From positions 11,466,141 through 11,530,137 of the forward strand of contig CM119270.1 in NCBI GenBank assembly GCA_051294375.1: DNA of 63,997 nt. Direction: 5' to 3'. This document shows positions 54,156-63,997 of the stretch, piece after piece (position 1 is the stretch's first letter; every line of letters starts with the position of its first letter). This DNA is from Paraspadella gotoi (taxonomy: Eukaryota > Animalia > Chaetognatha). The translations under genes were made by a program, and so were the position numbers. The notes below the pieces were generated by a model, which was not told where the DNA came from, did not search any database, and saw nothing but the letters and a program-made list of their open reading frames with translations.

Positions 54156-54578
54156 ATAATTAAAAAAAAAATAATTTCAATTCTAAAAGGTCAATCGGTC
54201 AAAAAAGGTAAAAAAAAAAGAAGAAAGAAAGAAGTCTGGCTGCATCCTCCCCAGTCTCCACCCCCCTCCCTCGCCTCCGCCACAGACGGACGAACGCGTC
54301 CGCCCGAAGGAGAGAGACAAACCGTAATTAATTGGAAACGGAGATCGAAAAAAAGAAGAACAACGAGAGTCTGCGTCGCGCCGTCGTGCGGCGAGAAATC
54401 GACGAACAAGTGACCATCCGTTATTCCGGAAAATCTTCTCTCGTTTGTCCGCTTCGATTACGTTCCGAGTTTTTAGGTTTATTCTCTTGTTTAGGATTTT
54501 TTTTTCTTTTTTATATTTGTCCTAGCATTACTTTTTTTTTTTCTTTTGTACTTTTCGCACTTTTTGATTATAGATGTA

Positions 54579-54770
54579 ATAGTAAATGAAATTATTTGAT
54601 GTGCGATGATAGTCATTCACTGATTGTAATAAAAGTCATTCGCTGATGTGATGATAGTCGTCACTGATGGCGATAATAGTCATTCACTGATGCGATGGAT
54701 AGTCATTCATGGAGGCGATGAGAGTCATTCATCGAAAATAGATAAATGAGAGAGAGAGAGAAGAGAGAGG

Positions 54771-54803
<33 letters not shown>

Positions 54804-56749
54804 AGTCCAGCCGCTGCAGAGTTGAACTCGTTTTTAGACGAATCAGAAGAGGCTACGACAAAAAGGGAGAGAGAGGCGCGACATATATATTAAAAGAGAG
54901 ATAGAGAGCGACATATAATTATAAACGTATATTCGTAATTAGTAGTAGTTTTATATAAAAATAGATATAATATGTTTTATAAATAAAACATAAATAAATC
55001 CGAATATTAATAGGAAATATGACAATTTGAAAGACCTTGATGATACAAACCAAATCTAAATTTTAGCTTCCTACGATTCCACACTTTTACCACGATGACG
55101 GCACAAAGAAGCAATGCTAAACGTTTATCTCTCGCCAAAGAAACAGACAACCAGCGAAACAGACGGACAGAAACAGATTGATTGTCTTCGAATCTTAAAA
55201 AAGTCTCCGCATATTTTCGTTCGAATCTCGAATTTCTGCGAATGATTTTTTCAGCAAAAGAAAAATAGTTTCATCTAATTCTGGCGTCGCGACGAAAAGT
55301 CATTTTCGCGGGGCGAAGTTATCTCGATTTTTCCGTGTACGTAATCTCTGTGACGTCAATACACTTTTGGGTGGGATTACATCATTATAGAGTTTTGTCA
55401 GTGGAGTTAAGCCAATATGGAGAATAAAAGGTGGCATTAAGGGTGGCATAACTAACAATGATGATGAAAAGAAAAACTTCATTTTTTTTTAAATTTAAGC
55501 AAAGTAAATTGTTTCAGACTTCTTTAAAGAATTAAAGTCATATGAACTTCCCGTCTTAGATAGATGGCGTTTATTCTATCAAAACAATTTAAAACCTATT
55601 CGATCGACAAAAGTCATGTCGTATCTTAGTGGCGTAAATTTATGACGACATCAAGCCTTCTGTATGCAAATTTCCTTTTTCAGTATTTCTTCGCTTGTCG
55701 GTGCAGCGGAAAGGCTTTTCATCCGAAGCAGAGATTCGATGAATGTAAAATGTGACTTCGCCAAGAGTAAATGGACCGAGAAAAAAGCCAAATCACGCTT
55801 TTCTCTCTATATTTTTTATCGAGCCTTGACCGGCGAAGCCGGGTCAGGCTCTATAATGTTTTAGGGTTTGCTTCTTTGTGACGTAGTCGTCGTCGTCGTC
55901 GTCGTCGTCGTCCCGTCACGCTGTTTTTGTATATAAAAACTACTACGCTTTTATAGGTTTGGCTGTGACTTACCGTTTTTTTAAAATAAAAATTATTATA
56001 GAAATTATGATAAAGTTTTACAAAAGTGTGCAATCATAGTAAGTTAAAAATTTAGATATGGCTTTTCATCTTGAAATAGCTGTGATATTTTCATATTACA
56101 TTTGGATTTTAGTATATTCTGTTTGAATTTCCACTCTATTATGATTTACTGCAATATTAAATGAGATTAAATACTCCTTATAATATCCAAATTAGTATAT
56201 AGAAATGCTTTAATCTTAATTTACATATTGCACGTATATAATAATTGAAGATGAAATTCAAAAAATTTTGTTTTTAAATTTTAATAAAAAATGGGAACTC
56301 AAAGGATTTTTTAATGAGAAGCTATATCTTAATTTTAATACAAATATAAATTAAATCTTTTACAAGCTGCGATTGGAAAAAATTGAAAAAATTTCCAATT
56401 TGTAAACAATGTAACATATTTTTGCCTTTCTTTTATTTTTTAAATTATATATAGATTTTTCTTTCCTATATTTGTCAGTGCTGCTTTTTCTGAACCCTTA
56501 AAAAACGAGTTCAGGTTCTGCAGTGACTGTGTTCAGCTGGCTTCCAGCTTTCTCTTTCTTTCTGTCTCTTGTGTCTCTCTTTTTCTCTTTTCTGTCTCTC
56601 TTCTCTCTCTTTCTGTCTCTTTTGAAAAATTCTGATTATTTTTTTCCTTCTCAAAACTTTTATTATCGCCATTTATTTCCGCGCTTTTTTTTCAATACAA
56701 AATCCCAAAATTATATCTGAGATATAATTGGAAAGAAAATTCGGTTTTT

Positions 56750-56789
<40 letters not shown>

Positions 56790-57227
56790 ATTTTTAAAAA
56801 AATATAAAGAATAACTTATAATGATATGCATTATCACATATAATATCAGCTAATGTGACCTATTATATATGCATCACTTCGCCGAATAATATAATTGCAT
56901 GCATCAAATTATAAAAAAAAAAAAATTGTTTTTATTTATTATTGCAATTTGGACCGGTTGGCCCACTATTGGCAAATTATATCTAAAATAGGAGTTGATT
57001 AGAGAGATATAGTCAAATTAAAACATTACTTTTTTTGTTATTCTGATAATTTGTACTATTATTAAATTTATAAATATTTTAGTGTATATATTTAATCATT
57101 TTTAACTTTTTTTAAATAATAATTATTTGAGTTGTGATAACTATTTATAAATTAATTAAATATGCAAATATTAAATTTGACCTCGGTCTGGTTTCTTCCT
57201 AAAAAAAGAACAATCTTTTTCTCTCTA

Positions 57228-57278
<51 letters not shown>

Positions 57279-57614
57279 TTTTTTTTCCTTCTAAAAACTT
57301 TATTATCGCCATTTATTCCGAGATTTTCGTGGATTTTTTCCTTCTTAAAAACTTTTATTATCGCCATTTATTATTTTATCTCAATACAAAATCCCAAAAT
57401 ACAATAACTTACTTAACCTAGATTTCGTGGGTCGTTGCGGAGCAACAAGTAAACAATGTCGAGAAACATGACCTAATAACGCGTTATTGTGTATAAAAAA
57501 AAATCAACATAGACCCAATTTCACGACGCAGTTGCGAGGCAACGGATAACCGAATATAAACAGAGAAGTGACCCTAATAATGCGTTCGTTGGTGGGGAAA
57601 ACTCTCTCTCTCTC

Positions 57615-57695
<81 letters not shown>

Positions 57696-57699
57696 CCTT

Positions 57700-57733
<34 letters not shown>

Positions 57734-57908
57734 TTTTTTTTCTTCTAAAAACTTTATTATCGCCATTTATTCCGCGCTTTTTTCTCAATACAAAATCACA
57801 AATTTACATCCGAGATTTTCGTGGATTTTTTTTCTAAAAATTCTGATTATTCTTTATATAAACGAGAGAGACCTAATAATGCGTTTCGTTGGCGGGAAAA
57901 CTGTCCAG

Positions 57909-57964
<56 letters not shown>

Positions 57965-58236
57965 TTCACTCATACACGCATTTGTTTGTTTTTATTACGA
58001 TGAATGATTCAGCGCGTCAATGAATCACTATCATCGCATCAATGAATGACTATCATCGTATTCAATGAATGATTATCATCATATCAATGAATGACTATCA
58101 TCGCAATCAATCATTTGATTATCATCACATCAGTCATTTGTTATCATCGCATCAATTATTGGTTATCATCCGCGTCAATATTTGGTTATCATCGCATCAA
58201 TATTTGGTTATCATCGCATCAATATTGGTTACTATC
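54579..58236. mobile_element. foldback-like non-autonomous element (~3.66 kb) with inverted arrays of ~21-bp repeats and (GA)n
   Basis: The left end has GATGCGATGATAGTCATTCACT-type units and then (GA)n (54579-54802). The right end has (CT)n and then the reverse-complement units AATGAATGACTATCATCGCATC, ending ttactatc (57910-58236). No transposase and no clear target-site duplication were seen. Confidence 0.45.
56645..57890 (+). repeat. locally reiterated modules (TAAAAACTTTATTATCGCCATTTATT x4; GACCTAATAAYGCGTT x3) alternating with (CT)n
   Basis: First motif near 56652, 57291, 57346 and 57745. Second motif near 57470, 57570 and 57870. Confidence 0.7.
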
Positions 58237-59444
58237 GAAAGCGGCTCGATCTTTATGCTTTTAAGATTTTTTTTTTCTTCTTGTAAACCTGAATTTATTT
58301 CTTTGTTTGTTTCAACTCAAAATAACAAAAAAGTTCAATTTATTAAGAAACAAAATCTGGACGAGGTAGGTATACATCCTAACTTAAGTTTCCCTCTTAT
58401 TCGAAATATCGTTTTCCTTTCGACGTGATTCCATTTTCTCTCTTGGGTTGAGTTTTCATTTTCCTCTCGCTACTTTGTCCGAAAAGAGAAAGAAACTTTG
58501 ACACAAGATCGTCAGTTTCGTCACAAATTTATTTTGCATTTTTTGTTTGCTCTTGACATAGTTCTTACAATAACTTAAAGGGAGTCGGTACAGTTCAGTA
58601 AGTCTCCAATAAAAGCTAAAATTGAATCTTCACGTAAAGATTTATATTCAAAATTTTCATTAATTGTTCTTATTTATCTGAATATTTTTTAATGATTTGG
58701 TGACAACGACAATGACAACAACAAAAACAACAACAACAACTCTTGAACTTACCTAAACCGTGACCTACGACCTAAGGTCAAAAAGTTAACGACCACTTTG
58801 TTTGTTTGACTCGTATTGTTATTTTTACTATTGTCTTTTCTCCATGTGTTATCGTCGTTTTTCTCTCTCTGAAAATGATTTTGATGCTTTACATATTTTC
58901 GTGAAACGTCTTCTTATTTTTTCTTAAATTTCCTGGCAAGTCATTTACCAAAATGGCGATTTTTTTTATGTATTTATGTATTCAATTTCTCCTAATCTAT
59001 GTAGGTCTGAGCCTACGTGTATATGAAATTGTTTATTGTTGACTACATCTTTAAAAATCTCTTCTGAATTTCACCTAATCAATACTTCGATTACAACTTT
59101 TATTATCTACACTATTTCGAATATGTATTATGCAATACTTTTTATTAAGTAAAAATTCATAACCGAGAGAATCGACAACCAAATGGTATTTTCACCAGAG
59201 AAATTCAGACAGTTTAAAATGGCAGAAAAAAAAGTTATCTTTTCATGTGTGATACGCGAGAAATTCTTTATGTCAACGACGACGAGAACGACGACAACGA
59301 GGAGGACGATAACGACGACGACGAGGACGACGATAACGACGACGATGTTGATGACCCGGATGCCACGAGATCCATAAGTCGTCACCCAGTTTCCGACGAG
59401 AAGCGTTCGGTCGCCCCAAGTCGTCAAGTGAGGAAAAGACAACT

Positions 59445-59476
<32 letters not shown>

Positions 59477-59670
59477 CACGACAGCGACTTCGACCACTGA
59501 GGATTCGGCCATTCTTGGCTCGCGACGGGAGGCTGACCAGTTTCGAGATTCGCGAGGCTGTGACGGTCATTCGGACAACGCGACGACGCCGAGGTCAACG
59601 ACGACAATGACGACGACGACAGTCGAGAATAGTCGTGAGAGATCTCGTGCGACGACAACGACCGCGATTT

Positions 59671-59710
<40 letters not shown>

Positions 59711-59765
59711 TGAAGGATGAGTTAGGTCGACGACGATGACTATTATGGCTGGGAATTTCTCTGAA

Positions 59766-59798
59766 GGGTCAGAGGTCATTGGGTCAACCAGGAGGTCA
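59766..59798 (+). promoter_or_regulatory. cluster of four nuclear-receptor half-sites (DR1 + DR2 + DR6)
   Basis: GGGTCA g AGGTCA tt GGGTCA accagg AGGTCA. A further TGACCC lies at 59820-59825. Confidence 0.45.
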
Positions 59799-60294
59799 AA
59801 GACAGAAAAAAAAGACAGTTGACCCGTTTTTGCTTTTTTCACATTTTTCACTCCGGCTTCAGCGGTTATATTTATTTATGTATGTATGAATATATATATA
59901 TATATTTCTAAAAAAAAGTTTTTTACCTAGTAGCAATAGAGCTGTTACTCGGTTGCTGAATGAGTTGCTATTGCTAAAATTTTAATATTTATTTCCTTAA
60001 TGAAACTTGACATTGACAAAATGGATGTTTGTGTTCATTGCTCAAACATGTTCTAAAGGATATTTGTCTGTTAGAACATGTCTTTTTCAATTTATGACTC
60101 TAGGTAAGTCAAGGCGAGCCAAAAATATTCCAAGAAAGTTGAAACAGAAACTCGTTAGTATTGAGGAGAAAGAAAGAAAAGAAAATTAAAAAAAAGAAAG
60201 AATAGGAAAAAAAGAAAACGAGAGAAAAATGGAATAAGTGAGTGTGACGTCGTCACGAGTTCACCTTTCCTTATTTTGGTCATAGGGTCCCAAC

Positions 60295-60329
<35 letters not shown>

Positions 60330-61103
60330 CCTCCCTCCTTGTCACGCACAGTCACGGCTTGTCACGGAGGAGAGTTAATGCCTTCAGGAAAATGAGATTC
60401 AAATGTTTCTTTTGGTTTCGTCCACGGAACATTTGAGACTCAGACGGGGTGACTGAAGGGGCAGAGAAAGTGGGCGCGTGTTAGGCTGAGGGAGGAATCT
60501 TTTCAGGGGAAGAAGAAAATAAAAGGGAGAAGTCATTGTGACTGTATAGAAGGTTTGAAAGTTAAAGGGGAAAGGCTGTCACTATCAAAAAAAGATTACT
60601 TGTTAGTAAAATGTTTAACAACAAAAATACGGGTGAACATTATCGGTAAAGTAGAAACCAATCAATGCTCAGATTACAAAACAAGCAAAACAATCAATTT
60701 ACAAGCATGTCACAATGATGTTGTTCCCGAAGCGATTCCTTGTCTTTGCGTCATTACGCCCTCCCCCTAATTCGAAGGTCATTTCTCGTCCTTGCCTCTT
60801 CGCTCGCCTCCGGGATTTCCGCCACGACATGCCTTCCAAGCCGTTCTTTCGCTAAAATTTTTAAAAAGTATATGTATTGTATTGGGCCTTACCTTATTAT
60901 TGATTTTCGATGATTTTATTTACCTTCTATAAATCGGCTTTCACTCGGGGCATCTTTCTATAACTTATTTTCCATCCACCATGTTATCGTCCGGCATTCC
61001 ATCCACCCACTCTTGCAACCATCCCTGCCAAGACATTCTTCCAGGTTCCAACTTTCACCACCGGTTTTCTTGTGTTGAGCTCCTGTTGCTTTTTCCCCCC
61101 GAA

Positions 61104-61200
<97 letters not shown>

Positions 61201-61906
61201 CCCTCCTTAATCCCGAATAACGATTCAAAGCACGCTCCACGCTCACATTATAGGGCGCCCCCGCTAGCCCCATTACGGGGCTCTCGCACTCAACCCCTCC
61301 GAGGTGGCCCCTTCCAGCTTCATTACGGGGCACCCACTCTACAACACCCCGGACGTCGCGACTCCTGCTCGCCCCATTACAGGGCGACCTTTCTTGGCCA
61401 AGCGACTCTCTTTCTCCGTTCTTCTCCGACGATTTTTTTTATATTTTTTTGGCCGCCGCGGTTGTCGCTTCGGTCGCTTCCGTAATCCTGATCGTCGGCG
61501 TCGCTGGTTCGCAAACAATATATATTCTCAATCAAACATAATTAATCTTTAACAAGAATCTGCCCAATTATTGTTTGCAAAAATTATTCATAAAAGAAAA
61601 CCGGGGTCAGTTTTTGATTTTGTCTTTGTCTAATGCAACGACAACATATTGAGGGCCACAACGACAACGACACTTTATAACCCCCAACAAACAAAAACAA
61701 CCACAAACCGAGGCAACGCCTTTGGGTGGGTGGAGGGGGCGGCGGTGGCAGCGGTGCGGTTGCGGCAGCGGCTGCGGCTTCTCGTTGCTAAGAAACAGAA
61801 AACGAGTTTCTTTCAATTTTTTTTATTAATAGACTCGTGAGGGAAAACGAGGAAAGGAAAGCGTCGACTCGGTAGTGTGAGTTTTTAGGCAGGTGGAGAT
61901 CTATTG

Positions 61907-61986
61907 AAAATGCCGACAGGAAGGGGCCGACAAGAAAAGGCCGACAGAAAAAGACGACAAGAAAAGACCGACATGAAAAGCCCGAT
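61907..61986 (+). repeat. ~14-bp minisatellite (GAAAAGGCCGACAA, ~6 copies)
   Basis: Visible degenerate tandem units. Confidence 0.75.
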
Positions 61987-62530
61987 GAGATTAGTCTGAT
62001 GGGAGAGTTTGGAGGAAAAGATTTTCAGCGGGTTCAGGTTCACAACGCAAACAGACTTTATTCTTTCAGTTGTGACCCGTTGGATCTTCGAGTAAAGTCA
62101 TGAACTGATGACCATAAGGTTTATACACACACGCCATCTATTACGTGAAGTGTGATGACGACCGAGAGCGCCTTGCTATCGCACTAGACGGGTTCCAAGC
62201 CCAGGGCCCGTTTTATGGCGGCGAGATTGAGTGTTGGAAAAAAAGGCCAATAGCTGCGATGGAGCCTACTAGATCGTTGAAGCAGACAGGAAGAGGCATC
62301 CAGCGAAGCACTAAACGCCAAATACTCTAACCTCATAAATAAAGTTTGTTGGGATGCGAGGAATTTGATCAGAAAGTTCTTCGGAAGATAATCCTTCTTG
62401 AAGTCAGGTTTTAAACATTCGATATTTCATTCGCTGTTGACGTAGAGAATTTCGGATGAATTTGAAGGAAGGACGCGTTTTTTAATTGTTTTTTCTGTAA
62501 TGGGATTTTTCATGAAAAGTCATTGCAATT

Positions 62531-62694
62531 TAAAAACAACTTGCGTAGGGGTTGCGGACACATAGTGACCGCCTCCTGGCATGTTTCATCCATGTTTCAT
62601 TCAGCCAGAGTTATGCCGGGATCGGGATACCCAGGGATTGAAACGGGGACGCACGGTTGAAATGGGATGATTTAACCTGCTCAGCCATATAGAC
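62531..62694 (-). mobile_element. degenerate tRNA-Glu-like head plus short body ending in T5 (SINE-like or tRNA pseudogene)
   Basis: The minus strand reads GTCTATATGGCTGAGCAGGTTAAATCATCCCATTTCAACCGTGCGTCCCCGTTTCAATCCCTGGGTAT. It has A-box TGGCTGAGCAGG, a TTTCA anticodon-loop-like stretch and B-box-like GTTTCAATCCC. The stems pair poorly. Confidence 0.4.
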
Positions 62695-62968
62695 GAAGGT
62701 GAGGAGGGACAGTAGTGAGGCAACATTAAGTCGTGCTGCCACACACCCAAATTAAAAAAGAATTATAGAAACCGACGTATTAGAAAAAAAATAATCAGAT
62801 GTTGCAAAACCTCCAGTATTGATGAATCAGCGGGCAACAACAAGAGAAAAAAAAAGAGAGGAAATCATATTTGACGTTAAGAGATTTAAAAGTAAACTCT
62901 ACCTTCAACCCTCACCCAGCCTCACCCCCTTCTCGCCCTTGGTCATTCTCACCTTCACCCCACTCCTT

Positions 62969-63009
<41 letters not shown>

Positions 63010-63155
63010 AGACGCCCCGGATTCGGTTTTCGGGAAAAATCTGGGAATAAATACGAGATGTCGGAGATTCGGGTCGCGTTGTGGGCAAACGTGGTTCGCG
63101 TCAGTGGGGTTGTGGGTAAAAACGGTCGACGTCGTGGCGATGTTAATTTCGATAG

Positions 63156-63208
<53 letters not shown>
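62969..63208 (+). repeat. (CCG)n at 62969-63008 and (GATA)n at ~63150-63208
   Basis: Directly visible microsatellites. Confidence 0.9.
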
Positions 63209-63964
63209 TAAAAAAGAAACAAAGAGAAACATTTATTTAGTTTAGTTTATAAATAAATAAAAATAAAAATAAATAAATAAATAAATAAATAAAAGAAAAA
63301 CAAATTAAGATAGTGAAACAAGTAATTTTGCAGAAATATTTCTTTCCCGTCAACAGCAGAGACCTGAATCGATCGAAGTCATTTCGGTGAAGTCTTCACG
63401 CGGTCATTCAGGACGAAACGGCGCTTAATATTGAAAGCGATCACCGTCTCACGGCGACGAAAAGACGAATTCCGAAGCGGGAAAAAGGGAAAGTTAAAAA
63501 AAAAGAAAAGAGCGAGATCCTCCTTTCTTTATTATTTCCTTTTTATTTTTTTTTTTTTATCATTCTGAGTATCAAGGATATAAAAAAGGGGGGAAAAAGA
63601 CTTTGCGAAACGGGTAAAGGCCATGCCCGTCATTTGAATGTGCGCGGTCTGTGAAAAGGAAAAGGGGGGAAAAAACGATATAAGTCAAGTTCTGGTGGCA
63701 GCCGATTTCCCCCGCAAAGTTCTCGGATGGACAGCCTCCTCAAAGAAAAATACAGTCTCGAAATGAAGGAGAAAATGAGACGAATGGAGGGAAAAAAAGA
63801 AGGAAAAAAGGAAGGAAAGAAAAGTGAAAAGAGGAGAGGAAAGGAGTGGCATTAAAAGAAAGGATAAAAACAAAAGAACGAAAAAATAAAAGTAAAATGA
63901 AAAAAAGGAAAGAAAAAGAAAGAGAAAAAAGAAATTAATAAAGAAAGATATAAAAAGAGAAAAC

Positions 63965-63996
<32 letters not shown>

Positions 63997-63997
63997 A

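Larger units (their letters stand above)
53380..58283 (+). repeat. second (cleaner) copy of the 47.6-53.3 kb segment
   Basis: Colinear with 47614-53263 and supplies sequence across the N gaps at 47684-47917 and 48396-48684. Confidence 0.9.

Noticed and set aside
59245-59720. Acidic/arginine-rich 121-aa ORF
   Set aside because: It is built from (GAC)n slippage repeats that are open in several frames, with no splice or homology support.
62145-62330. 61-aa ORF in complex sequence as a retroelement fragment
   Set aside because: It has no recognisable reverse transcriptase, integrase or endonuclease motif.

Overview
This window is AT-rich, microsatellite-dense eukaryotic (invertebrate-like) DNA with no CpG depletion, from a gapped and error-prone assembly. 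The only gene I can support is a spliced hairy/E(spl) (HES) bHLH-Orange transcription factor on the minus strand. It has exons of 96, 91 and 207 nt, encodes NKPLMEKKRRARIN...KWEKADILE (LIN-22-like), and shows no WRPW in the window. It appears twice because 1-9907 is repeated at 11150-20996; copy B is intact and copy A has two single-base lesions. Much of the rest is redundant: a ~7.7 kb-arm inverted duplication (23042-38686), a ~0.4 kb-arm fold-back (39160-40105), and a noisy direct repeat (47614-53263 vs 53380-58283). Each of these three abuts an exactly 25-N gap and is more probably a gap-filling or chimeric-read artefact than biology. Real-looking small signals are a HES1-like Su(H)/CSL paired site upstream of the gene, a Penelope-type minimal hammerhead core inside a 168-bp hairpin, two tRNA-derived SINE-like heads, a 3.7 kb foldback-like element, and several clusters of repeated transcription-factor motifs. 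Nearly all listed ORFs are microsatellite or N-run artefacts. I found no convincing wholly new biological system.
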